Below, piece after piece: positions 40,401 to 49,323 of a DNA stretch of 64,000 nucleotides. Source of the stretch: a virus. The notes beneath the pieces are model-generated. The model was not told the DNA's origin, made no database searches, and worked only from the letters and a program-made list of their open reading frames with translations. A program made the translations under genes and the position numbers. The first letter of the stretch is position 1; the number at the start of each line of letters is the position of its first letter. Location of the stretch: IMG/VR virus record IMGVR_UViG_3300017963_000257, positions 1 to 64,000 of that record; one strand, given 5' to 3'.

Positions 40401-42160
40401 AGGCTCAGGGAGAAGAACAGACGCGAAGGGCCAGGGAGCGTGTTGAGAGGGCAATCAAGGAATGGGATAAGATCAGGGATGCAGCTCAATCTGCAAATGA
40501 AAGTATTAGAAAAGACTCAGCCAAGACCGCAACCGCTATTTCAAGTATGTGGAACGCTTCGTCTGAGAGCGTGCAGGAGTCTGGCAAGGTCACTATGAAA
40601 ATTACCAGCACCGTTGCAGACGATGCTACCAGAAAGCACAAGAAGGCTGCGAATGCTTATAAAGATGCTTGGGATGAGGCTTATGACAGGGTGAAGAAGA
40701 AGTTGGAGGAGTTTGCAAAGAAAATTGGAGAGACAGATGCGGCAGCAACCAAGAAAAAGGATTATAATATTAGCACGGAGAGTGCTCAACAAAGTGTTAA
40801 AGCAATAAAGGAACAAGTAGATGGGTTAACCGAAAGGGTGACGAAATCCCACCAGTTAAACCTCAATCCGTGGCCTTTCATCCAAGCGGTTTCTCTTGCG
40901 ATAGATTATGTTGATAGACTTATTAGACGAATTGCTGCAATACCCAGAAGTATCACTATTAAAGTGAATTACGAGGGTACGGGCTCAACGACAAAGCCTC
41001 TCACTGAAAAGATTAAAGAGATTAACGAGGCCATGAAATCGACCCAAGACCTGGCCGGAGAAGGCGCAGAGTTCTTGGTTGACTTTCAGGGTAAGGGGTC
41101 AACCCAAAAGCCGTTGACTGAAAAGTTCAAGGACATGGCGGCGGTTATCAAGAAATATGCTAACGATTGGAAGCTCGGTGCCCAAGAGCTTGCCGCTGCA
41201 TTGACCAATATGTCTGAAGCCTTTGGTGAGAAAACTGAATATATGGTTATTGAATACAGTCACAATCTTCAAAAATATCGCAAGATTTACAAGGCTATTC
41301 TTAATGAGTGGACCGGTGACATTGAACGGTGGGCACTTGTAACGGCCCAAAAAGTAGGCGTAATAAGTGATACGCTTAATGCCTATCTAAGGCAGTCGAG
41401 GAATGCATTTTTTGGGAACAGGAGCACTGATATTTTTGTCCCTGATTGGGCTAAAGCTCAAACCGGAGGCCAGATCTCCGGCTACGGTGGCGGGGATACC
41501 GTACCAGCCATGCTGGAGCGTGGGGAGTACGTCATAAATAAGGACGCTGTCAGAGCGTATGGGACAGGCCTATTCGACTCTCTTAACTCAATGGTCGCAA
41601 GGTTTGCAAGCGGTGGTTCGGTGCAAAAGCTGGCAACTGGTGGCATAACAGGCGTTTTGCAAGGAATAAGCACACATGAATGGAAACCTAATGGCTGGGG
41701 CATGCGGCCAAAGTCTCAAAGCGATTATGCCAAAGAATGGTGGGAGTCGTTTAAGGAGTCAACAGAGACCGCGCAAGAGAATATTTTGGCATGGCTGATA
41801 GGTAACGCTCGCCTGTCTGGCGGACCGAAAAAAGAATACACCCTCAAAAATTATAAGAAAATGCTGGAACGGATGGAGGGGCTTGGCGTTACAGAGAAGC
41901 ATCTTGAGAGTGTAATGAAGCATTGGGTGACGTATCTGGCAAAGCAAAGTCAGAATAAGTTCTTTTATTCTGGTGGAGGTCGAGTGGGACCTTCAGCCCG
42001 TAGATTTCAGTCCGGTGGACCGGTAACAGCAAGTGGCCCCACATACAACATCACGATAGCCCCACAGTTTATGACCGGAGACAAAAACAGCATAAAACAA
42101 GCCGCAGCGGCATTGAGAAGCGAGCTTGCGAATATTGACCATCGTTACGGAGCACACTAA
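37424..42160 (+). CDS. Tape measure protein (TP901-like)
   Basis: 1578 aa helical; TKFSTSEVAEGM..LGQAG core; C-terminal GGGDTVPAMLERGEYVI. Confidence 0.9.
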   Translation: MADDSMLTLGTLFKGKIDSTFMTATRRLSTLITELNKSMAGLTKTTGITTSAMKSLGSETTSYQKVMGNAVEEQSKYRQGLARMTELFGKQGTALKLAKQATDKAEKSIQSHAAAIRNNNVLGERANVIANLYAKNADRAALANLQRFAAENKVSKSVSSVSTQTANATMATKKASTEYQGFNKQLSRIHGGLERVKAAFKVTASYGIAATAIYSVISAFKTGAQAIVDYDQSLKNLQAITGATDAEVLAMGTTIKNVARTTKFSTSEVAEGMVLLGQAGFNAGESMNAMQATADLATGTLSDMKLTTDLLTTTIRAFSLNTIESGRVADVMANAINKSKLTIDKLRISFNYIGATAAQAGLALEETAASMMVLANNGLRASTIGTGMRQVLSRLLSPNKKLREAYESHGIALDQINPKTVGYQTALKNLASILFNTETKSVNMTKAFELFGLRGAQAAAILVKGFMSGEFNSALKNVFQVGTAASMAATQAEGLGVKFKNLADRAKLVAVEFGDAGVTGIMNTFLDVLKGITIGLETFASSTIGAVIVKVTLLTSAFAALSGVFKILRSAIVSLTVVRMAVSNFELLTTGTAAFTSVLTGKLIPGVAGLTGVIGKLRAALTVLWAMIMSHPILALVAGVATLLLALNEWIGQNAKIAKQLEVQSVELGKASESIGLYAKSLAALEKGSDAYNATLQRFINAHPEATKEIMRMTGAVDLSTLSVEQLTRAMKALATSRAWDSFKKAGEAVEQFKKSLERETFMWFARWLVASAETASEFEAKLRGLNDAQMQQIQSLKQLVTLGAITLEDALKRIDTLGLEVNAAKQAKEAFKQYFEQMKLSSKDAADAVKISWEDLPSKFKELYDKLDAARRSDMVKAIAGINKKIAAHRKMCKDMGLGYADTEAQIAAIREKGYQKFVEDLDKKTKEEKKAAKERVKNEKWVWDQIHELDEKKEELDKSRRQRYMKDDKKLKDDIVEAEKELNDALDALDKAQGEEQTRRARERVERAIKEWDKIRDAAQSANESIRKDSAKTATAISSMWNASSESVQESGKVTMKITSTVADDATRKHKKAANAYKDAWDEAYDRVKKKLEEFAKKIGETDAAATKKKDYNISTESAQQSVKAIKEQVDGLTERVTKSHQLNLNPWPFIQAVSLAIDYVDRLIRRIAAIPRSITIKVNYEGTGSTTKPLTEKIKEINEAMKSTQDLAGEGAEFLVDFQGKGSTQKPLTEKFKDMAAVIKKYANDWKLGAQELAAALTNMSEAFGEKTEYMVIEYSHNLQKYRKIYKAILNEWTGDIERWALVTAQKVGVISDTLNAYLRQSRNAFFGNRSTDIFVPDWAKAQTGGQISGYGGGDTVPAMLERGEYVINKDAVRAYGTGLFDSLNSMVARFASGGSVQKLATGGITGVLQGISTHEWKPNGWGMRPKSQSDYAKEWWESFKESTETAQENILAWLIGNARLSGGPKKEYTLKNYKKMLERMEGLGVTEKHLESVMKHWVTYLAKQSQNKFFYSGGGRVGPSARRFQSGGPVTASGPTYNITIAPQFMTGDKNSIKQAAAALRSELANIDHRYGAH

Positions 42161-42900
42161 TGTCGCAAATAAAACTTTATACTCGGAACATTCTGGAAGA
42201 TGGAACGGTAACGGTAACCGGTGACGCCGATACCGGGTACCCAGAATCAAGGCTGTACGATCGTGATATTTCATTTTTCTGGAAATACACTGCTGTTGGG
42301 GCAATCGAGATCCATGTTGACCAAGGGGCTACAACCAATGAATCCGTGGATGCATTGTTTATCCCGAAGCATAATTTTAGTGGAGAGGACATGACATGGC
42401 AGTACTCGGATGATGATGCTGGATGGACTCCCGCTGTGGCAGGATGGAACCAGGGAGACAATAACGCCATAGAGAAGCTTTTGTCTTCAGCGGTAACTGC
42501 AAGGTACTGGAAAATAACCGTGTCCTCCATGAGCAACCCTCAGTGTTCCGAGATCTTCATGAGCTACGGGTATGCTTTCAACTTTACATTTACGAATACT
42601 CCAGTATTCGGCGGCCAACCCAATGTCGTATGGACCGAAACAGTAGGAGGGCTTGAAAGGTCAACCAAGCTGGGGAATGAGCGTCGAACCAGGGCATACA
42701 CGGTATTTCTGCGAGAAGCAGAGAGTGAGTTGACCAACTGGAGGGCGGCCATGGCTGATCTCGATGAATATTCCCTCCCGTTCTATTTTAAGGATCATGA
42801 GGCCAATTATTTCATGGCACGATTACTGGAACGCCCTCCAGAGCCGTACATGACCGAAGGGCATCTTGAGGTATCTATAAGCGTTATCGAGAAGCTGTAA
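42160..42900 (+). CDS. Distal tail-like protein
   Basis: Directly after tape measure; ARYWKI module. Confidence 0.55.
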   Translation: MSQIKLYTRNILEDGTVTVTGDADTGYPESRLYDRDISFFWKYTAVGAIEIHVDQGATTNESVDALFIPKHNFSGEDMTWQYSDDDAGWTPAVAGWNQGDNNAIEKLLSSAVTARYWKITVSSMSNPQCSEIFMSYGYAFNFTFTNTPVFGGQPNVVWTETVGGLERSTKLGNERRTRAYTVFLREAESELTNWRAAMADLDEYSLPFYFKDHEANYFMARLLERPPEPYMTEGHLEVSISVIEKL

Positions 42901-42913
42901 GGAGGGGGAGATA

Positions 42914-43402
42914 ATGTCCACACCATTTAGTTTCGCAACATTGTTGAAAAATTCTTACCACATTGGAATGGCCAAAACCGCTGCATTGGCCGGAAGTAGT
43001 ACTCAGGCAGACTATTACCCGCAGTGGCAAGGAGAAGATATAACGAACCCGAGTGATCAAGCCTATTTTTTCGCAGTAATTGCTCCGGGACATACAGGCG
43101 TAACCTCAGAAATAGAATATTTCTTCAATGTTCTCTGGCAAGATATCGGTAACGTTGCTTCTGAACCGGATAGTTATATATGGGAAATAAAACCTTACGG
43201 TGGTGCTTGGGCAACATTCCTTGATGTTCCAAGTCCATCATTTACCATAGCTAATACGTCTTATCATAATGGTATTTACACAACGGCCGCGGCACTTCCT
43301 GCGCTACTTAGGCTGTCTGTTACAGCGGCAGCAGGCACAGTTGCTGCACGAATAGGTGGCGATTATATCTGTTCAGTTAACTGTTTTGGAACGATATCAT
43401 GA
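42914..43402 (+). CDS. Hypothetical tail protein
   Basis: Synteny and RBS. Confidence 0.45.
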   Translation: MSTPFSFATLLKNSYHIGMAKTAALAGSSTQADYYPQWQGEDITNPSDQAYFFAVIAPGHTGVTSEIEYFFNVLWQDIGNVASEPDSYIWEIKPYGGAWATFLDVPSPSFTIANTSYHNGIYTTAAALPALLRLSVTAAAGTVAARIGGDYICSVNCFGTIS

Positions 43403-46122
43403 AAAACCTGGTAACATCTTTCAATGAAAACGCCATTGACAGATCTCGTGTTTCGCCTATCAATCTATTTAAGGTCGAATTGACGGGCCTGACCCTCTCT
43501 CTTTGTGACCGAGGGTGGGGAACTGGTGAGAGTTACTGCCGATATGACGCTCAGTTGTATGAACCCCTTGTCGTGTCCTGGGAAGATAACATGGGGGACA
43601 TCAACCCGTCAAGCTTGATCACATCCCCTGGGAGCATGACAATTGTTCTCGACAACAATATGACCGTTGGAGGCCAAGATAACATTGCAAAGCTGGCTAC
43701 GGTCTATGACTTCTATTATGCAACCGTTACACATTCGTTGATATTCGAGGAAGCTCAAACGCCAAGGCTGCTTGCGGAGGATGGTGGATTTATTCTTCTT
43801 GAGTCTGGAGAATATCTACTGCTTGAAAGTGGCCAGAAAAAGATTGATCTGTTCAAGGGCAGCATAGAGGAGGTTCAAAACCTTTTATCTTCTCAAGTCA
43901 CACTGACCTGCTCTGGATATGAACTACAGATTCTCAACAAGTTTTCTCACGAAATAATAGATGAAACCAACTTTCCTTATGCGGACCCGGATGCCATTGG
44001 CAAGATGTTACCGCTGACCTGGGGTCGCGTTAGAAAAGTTCCGTTTAGGCCCATAGACGTTGGAGGGCTATCGACGTTATCCGCAGACCTGACTGCTTCA
44101 GCCACGTCTGTCCAAATTTCAGACACAACAAAATTCTCCGATTCAGGGACGATCCTCATTGATTCAGAGGAGATCCCATACACCAATAAGAGCGAGGGTA
44201 CATTATGGGGGCTTACAAGACCGTCTGGAGCAGTAGTCCATAATAAGGGTGCCATGGTTGGAGAAGTCAAGTCAGAGTATGTTTATGCCATAGGCAACGC
44301 AATAAACGCTTTTAAAGCTGTTTACGTTGAGAACATAAAGCAAGACGAATCGTTATATACTGTGTACACAGGGCAGTCTGGGGATGAACACGGGACGTAC
44401 ACCGGAAGGGCTGTAATTGCATTCAGTGAATGGCCACAGATTAAACGAGAGGTGAACCTGACCACTGCCGCAGACTATGATATGTTCCGCGAGGCAACGA
44501 ATGTTCCAATAGGAAGGGTTAAGTCGCTAGACCACAATGGCCTTATCCTGGATTATGATGATTCCACAACGATAACATTTCAGTCTGAACCTTCCGGCAA
44601 CCACTCAAATATTTACGTAGAATACGAGTTTGAGTTCAGGCATTTTGGAACGGTATCTGAAAACTGGGATTTCTATCTTGACGGCACCCTTATCGCCAGT
44701 TGGCAGGACGAAGAGTTCACGCAGTTTGTGACATCTCCATTACGAGTTGCCAAAAGCTCATGGCCTGTTTCAGCCACAAAGACCACAACCTACCGAGGGG
44801 CCGGGATGAACGGAACGGCCTTTATGGTCACGTCTGCAAAGGTGTACGCTGATTCGGACGAAGACGATTTGCATATAAGAGGATCTGGAATTACCAAAGA
44901 TTCCAGCAATGTCCCGCTTGGTGCAATTACATCTGAGACTGCCGTTGGAACAGGAACAAGCTTGACATTCCCCGCGGCACCAGATGGAAACCTGTCTGAC
45001 GTTGAAATATCAATAAGTTGGGAACTGGAAACCTGGGGGGATTGGATCTTACCGGGTAACCAGGCATTCCATGTATCCATCGATGATATCAATGTGGCTT
45101 GTATTAACGAAGACGGAACTATCACGGCCCTCATGCCGTCCACCTTCACGGTTCTCAAAAGTTCATGGCAGACATCCATTACGAAAACAGCGTCAATACT
45201 TGATTCCTTTAGGCAGGGATTCGCCCTTACTATAACGTCGGCTACACAGTCCTGCCATACGGACGATTACTCAGAGGTTGTTAATCTATCCGGGAACTCC
45301 ATGGCTGATTCTATCATTGGAGGAGAGGTTTCCGCAGACCTTTATGGGTATCAGGATGATTCAGACGGTACCTATACGGGCACACCGGATCAGCTTATTG
45401 AAAGACCCAACAGAATCCTAAAGCATCTTCTCATGGAACATTGTTCCTCCACGTCTGGAGAGATCCATTCACCTTCGCATGGTGCTGTAGAAGCGTTCTT
45501 CGAGCAGCAGGATTATAAGTTGGGGGTAGTCATAACAGAAAGGCCAAATGTCCCAGACGTTATATCGGAGATTGCGTTTGAATCAAAATGTATCCAGTTC
45601 TGGGAGGCTGGAGAACATCATCTCGTTCATGTGCCATCGGGTGAAATACCAATAGATAAAACATTGACCAAGCAGCATGTTGACAAGGATAGCCCAAGCA
45701 TTGAGTTTACCCCGAGGATTGATCTACTGAATACATTTAACGCCAAGTATGATCTTGATTGGGCGAACAATGAGTTCTTAACATCTGTTGTCGATTTAGA
45801 CGAAATAAGCGTTGGTAAATATGGGACCCTCGAAAAAAATGTTGCAGAGTATCCTTATGTCAGTGGACAGAATATGGCAACGGATATTTTGAGATGGCAG
45901 AAAGATTGTTGTTCCGAGGTTAGACTGATTGCTGAATTTCAAGGAGGATATCCCCTTTCCGAGCTTGAGCGCGGTGATGTAATCGCTTTCGATGTTGACA
46001 ATTATCCAGAGCTTGATACTGCTTTGGGCAAGATCGTCCCATCTACCAAAAAGTTTAGAGTTTTAGGAGTTAAGAATACGAGTACAACGAAAACTATTAA
46101 AGCGTTGGAAACGATCTCATAG
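43399..46122 (+). CDS. Tail tip/hub protein
   Basis: 907 aa; GKMLPLTWG, SVGKYG and LERGDVI motifs. Confidence 0.65.
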   Translation: MKNLVTSFNENAIDRSRVSPINLFKVELTGLTLSLCDRGWGTGESYCRYDAQLYEPLVVSWEDNMGDINPSSLITSPGSMTIVLDNNMTVGGQDNIAKLATVYDFYYATVTHSLIFEEAQTPRLLAEDGGFILLESGEYLLLESGQKKIDLFKGSIEEVQNLLSSQVTLTCSGYELQILNKFSHEIIDETNFPYADPDAIGKMLPLTWGRVRKVPFRPIDVGGLSTLSADLTASATSVQISDTTKFSDSGTILIDSEEIPYTNKSEGTLWGLTRPSGAVVHNKGAMVGEVKSEYVYAIGNAINAFKAVYVENIKQDESLYTVYTGQSGDEHGTYTGRAVIAFSEWPQIKREVNLTTAADYDMFREATNVPIGRVKSLDHNGLILDYDDSTTITFQSEPSGNHSNIYVEYEFEFRHFGTVSENWDFYLDGTLIASWQDEEFTQFVTSPLRVAKSSWPVSATKTTTYRGAGMNGTAFMVTSAKVYADSDEDDLHIRGSGITKDSSNVPLGAITSETAVGTGTSLTFPAAPDGNLSDVEISISWELETWGDWILPGNQAFHVSIDDINVACINEDGTITALMPSTFTVLKSSWQTSITKTASILDSFRQGFALTITSATQSCHTDDYSEVVNLSGNSMADSIIGGEVSADLYGYQDDSDGTYTGTPDQLIERPNRILKHLLMEHCSSTSGEIHSPSHGAVEAFFEQQDYKLGVVITERPNVPDVISEIAFESKCIQFWEAGEHHLVHVPSGEIPIDKTLTKQHVDKDSPSIEFTPRIDLLNTFNAKYDLDWANNEFLTSVVDLDEISVGKYGTLEKNVAEYPYVSGQNMATDILRWQKDCCSEVRLIAEFQGGYPLSELERGDVIAFDVDNYPELDTALGKIVPSTKKFRVLGVKNTSTTKTIKALETIS

Positions 46123-46132
46123 GAGGTAAAAC

Positions 46133-47446
46133 ATGAAAAAGGTATCCTTTCTTTCAATCTTTTGGATGATTGCTTTCGTAGGGTGTGCATATGCAGACTC
46201 CACTATCAGCAATCTGGATGAACTGACCGCAGCAGATTCCGCAGACGAAATGATTATCGTTGATGATTCCGCTGGAGCCACAAAAAAGATCACCAAGGCA
46301 AACTTGTTTGCATCTCCAGATCCTATAGGGAGCACTACGCCAAGCACTGGAGCTTTTACGACAGTCGGTATCGGGACAACGACCGTCCCTCACGGTGGAG
46401 TAGGTGCTGCTAAGCTGGCAATTGATGGAGCCTCTCCTCAAAACATACAGATATCAACCACCACTGATGATTATCCAATATTCCAATTTCGGGCATCTGC
46501 TCACGACGGTGCATCAATAGGCTTGGATTGTTATTTTGATGGATCATGGAAATCATCTGATGCTGGATCGAACTTTCTTCTTTTAAAGGCAAGCGATACG
46601 TTTACCACTTATTACGATTCCGGTGTAGCGCAAGGTGGGGCGGTCACATGGAACACGGGTATTTCGCTTGATACATCAGGGAAGTTAGGCATTGGAACGT
46701 CCACGGTCCCCCACGGCGGGGTAGGTGCTGCTCAAGTTGCTATTGACGGGGCAACACCATTTCTGCAAATAACAACCACAGCGGATAATTACCCGGTCTT
46801 AGGTTTTCGTCCGGCAGCCCACGATGCCGTTGGATTATTGTTTGACTGTTATCATGATGGTGCGTGGAAATCGTCTGATGCTGGATCGAACTTTCTATTA
46901 CTGAAAAGTAGTGATTTGTTAACTTTCTACTATGATGCAGCAGTGGCCCAAGGGGGCGCAATAGGATGGAACACGGGAATTACACTGAATGCATCGGGGA
47001 TTGTATTTATGCCAGCCGTGGCGGTCCATGATTTAGCGGGTGACGATAACGAAACAGCCCTTTATATCGACCCTGACGATGGGGAGATGGGGTACAATTC
47101 CTCTATCGCTGCATCAAAAATCAATATCCAAAATCTCACAGACTCAAGTTGGATTTATGCCCTAACACCCCGTAAATATAATCGACGTGTCAAATTATCA
47201 GACGCACACTGGGACGAATCGGGCGAAGTCAGAAAGTTTGTCCCCGCAAAATACTCTAATACGGAGTTCACCCAGGCTACCGAAATGGGTCTGATTGCAG
47301 AAGAGGTCTATGGGGTCAAACCGGAATTGACGTTCTCAGTGGACGGGAAATTGATGGGTGTGAACCTTGAAAAACTCATTGTACCCATATTGGTAGAAAT
47401 GCAAAAGCTGAAGGCTGAAATCGAACAACTAAAAGCACAGAAGTAA
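46133..47446 (+). CDS. Tail fibre with signal peptide, internal duplication and S74 chaperone
   Basis: MKKVSFLSIFWMIAFVGCAYA; two ~106-aa repeats; SSIAASKINI..GLIAEEV..coiled coil. Confidence 0.8.
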   Translation: MKKVSFLSIFWMIAFVGCAYADSTISNLDELTAADSADEMIIVDDSAGATKKITKANLFASPDPIGSTTPSTGAFTTVGIGTTTVPHGGVGAAKLAIDGASPQNIQISTTTDDYPIFQFRASAHDGASIGLDCYFDGSWKSSDAGSNFLLLKASDTFTTYYDSGVAQGGAVTWNTGISLDTSGKLGIGTSTVPHGGVGAAQVAIDGATPFLQITTTADNYPVLGFRPAAHDAVGLLFDCYHDGAWKSSDAGSNFLLLKSSDLLTFYYDAAVAQGGAIGWNTGITLNASGIVFMPAVAVHDLAGDDNETALYIDPDDGEMGYNSSIAASKINIQNLTDSSWIYALTPRKYNRRVKLSDAHWDESGEVRKFVPAKYSNTEFTQATEMGLIAEEVYGVKPELTFSVDGKLMGVNLEKLIVPILVEMQKLKAEIEQLKAQK

Positions 47447-47513
47447 AAGAGAGGTAACCACGAGGTCTTTTGTATGGACGGGGTAAAATGGCGGGGAAAA
47501 GAGGAGGTCTCTC

Positions 47514-47942
47514 ATGTCTCATATCGATCCCACACTAATTGAAGCTGGATTGGTTCTCGGAAGTTTTATAGGCGGTGCCTTGGGAGGTATTTTGGGGGGG
47601 TACAAACTGTCTGCCAGAAAAAATAATGGAAGGGTTCATGCCTCTTCAGAACTCACGCTTGTACGAAATGAGATAGAGGGATTAAGGAAAGCCATTGAGA
47701 ATATCCCGGTTATTGAAAGGTCGAAAAAAACCTCCGGTGCCTTACACATATCAGAGGAAGGCCTTCAAAAGCATGACGATCTAAGAACCCTCTTGACCGA
47801 AAAGTATATAACAATAGACACGCATACCCTGCTTTGCGAAAGAACGGCTGCCAAGTTTGAAAAGGGCATTGCTGACGCCCTGAAAAATAATAATACGGAA
47901 CTGCTCAAAATTCTAAAGGATAATGGTGTTGTCCCCCAATGA
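47514..47942 (+). CDS. N-terminal TM protein (holin/antiholin-like)
   Basis: Single hydrophobic N-terminal helix; lysis position. Confidence 0.45.
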   Translation: MSHIDPTLIEAGLVLGSFIGGALGGILGGYKLSARKNNGRVHASSELTLVRNEIEGLRKAIENIPVIERSKKTSGALHISEEGLQKHDDLRTLLTEKYITIDTHTLLCERTAAKFEKGIADALKNNNTELLKILKDNGVVPQ

Positions 47943-48677
47943 GCACCAAGGAAATCGAACAAAAAGAGGCTGAGAACGGGACGCTTTCCATACAGCACAT
48001 CCTTCGTAACGGGCTTTATTCGATGCGCAAGACTCTGAATGACGCCAGGAAAGCCATTGATGAAACGGATCAACGGGTCGAGTGCATGATGGAAAGCCTT
48101 CAGCTACTGGTAGATGAGGAAAGGAGGCGCCGGGGAATTGGTACCGATCAAGAAGGCCAAGGAACCGAGGTCTGAATCGGTCAAGTGCCAATGTGGTGGT
48201 ACTTATCGCCAGGTGTATGCTGTATCCGGAACTCTTTATGAGTGTGATCAGTGCGGCGACCGGATCCAGACCCTGGCCGAAGTGCGAAAAGGAAAAACTC
48301 CGGATATGATTTGGTTTGGATGACACACGGTAACAACCCAAACTGTGCTCCCGCCAGTGAATGACGCCCACGATGACGGTGGGGGAAGGTGAGAAACGGG
48401 GAGCACAACAACGAAAGGAGAAAGAGCAATGGGATTTTCATCAATGTTTAAATATTTCGGGCTTGCGATGGAAGTGGCAGAAGAGGCCGCTGAAGTGCTG
48501 GTAAAGGTTAAGGGGGTAACCGCAGATGATTCCCCTGGTGGCGAGGAAATCACGGATGAAGAGATGAAAGCTCTCGTCGAGTCTCTTGACGAAAATTTTT
48601 CGAACGTCGTGACGACGATCTGTAGGGAATGCGGGCTTCCTGTTAAATCCGTTTCCGTAAAAGTTGACATGGAATGA
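47939..48677 (+). other. Small hypothetical genes (47939-48175, 48114-48323 Zn-ribbon, 48429-48677)
   Basis: Short ORFs; strong RBS for 48429. Confidence 0.5.
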
Positions 48678-48688
48678 CATGATTTGAC

Positions 48689-48874
48689 ATGGAATGGATC
48701 GCCCTAAATTGGTGGTGGATTTCGCCCATTGCAATACCAATCGTATTGGGTGGGCTGAAGTACACCGCCAAGAAAACAAAATGGGTGTGGGATGACAAGG
48801 TAATTACCCTACTCGCTGGTGTATGGGATATGTCCAGAGGTTTGCAGCCAAGAAATATCACAGGTAAAAAATGA
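48689..48874 (+). CDS. Holin-like small membrane protein
   Basis: MEWIALNW..TM..AKKTKWVWDDK pattern. Confidence 0.6.
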   Translation: MEWIALNWWWISPIAIPIVLGGLKYTAKKTKWVWDDKVITLLAGVWDMSRGLQPRNITGKK

Positions 48875-49278
48875 AGCTTCCCGAAATCAATGAAATCGTT
48901 ACGACCGACCATGCCCTTGAATTGTGCCGACACTTTGGTCTGGATTACCTAGTGGACCGAATCGAGGCTGATCCAGATCAATTCAAGAGCTGGAAATTTG
49001 ACGGCTGTTCGTGCCTGCCCGATAAGGTGATGGGCCTGTTTACCGGTTGCGATTGGCGGGATATCACTTATAAGTGCTGCCTACCGCATGACCTGTGCTA
49101 TGCCTATGGTGATCCGGGAAACGACGCCGAACGCGAACGGGTCGATAAGCAGTTTTGTGCCGATCTGATTGCCAAGGCAAAGATGATCCCTTGCATCGCC
49201 AATACGTTTATGATGGCTGTTCGTTATGGCGGGGCTGAAGAATTTGGCCTGTCGTTTTCCTGGGGCTTTGCAAGATAG
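48871..49278 (+). CDS. Prokaryotic phospholipase A2-like protein
   Basis: FDGCS...CCLPHDLCYAYG...RERVDKQF...AVRYGG. Confidence 0.65.
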   Translation: MKLPEINEIVTTDHALELCRHFGLDYLVDRIEADPDQFKSWKFDGCSCLPDKVMGLFTGCDWRDITYKCCLPHDLCYAYGDPGNDAERERVDKQFCADLIAKAKMIPCIANTFMMAVRYGGAEEFGLSFSWGFAR

Positions 49279-49281
49279 GGC

Positions 49282-49323
49282 GCGATCTGGGGGGATCGGT
49301 CAGTCACCGAGCCCCCCTATCGC
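49282..49323. terminator. Hairpin between convergent operons
   Basis: gcgat..ggggg..tcggt / accga.ccccc.atcgc. Confidence 0.5.

Noticed and set aside
46360-46990. DGR template/variable repeat pair in the tail fibre
   Set aside because: Differences are not adenine-specific, both copies are in-frame in one gene, and no reverse transcriptase is present in the window
48344-48407. Hammerhead ribozyme
   Set aside because: GAAAC is present but there is no CUGANGA core
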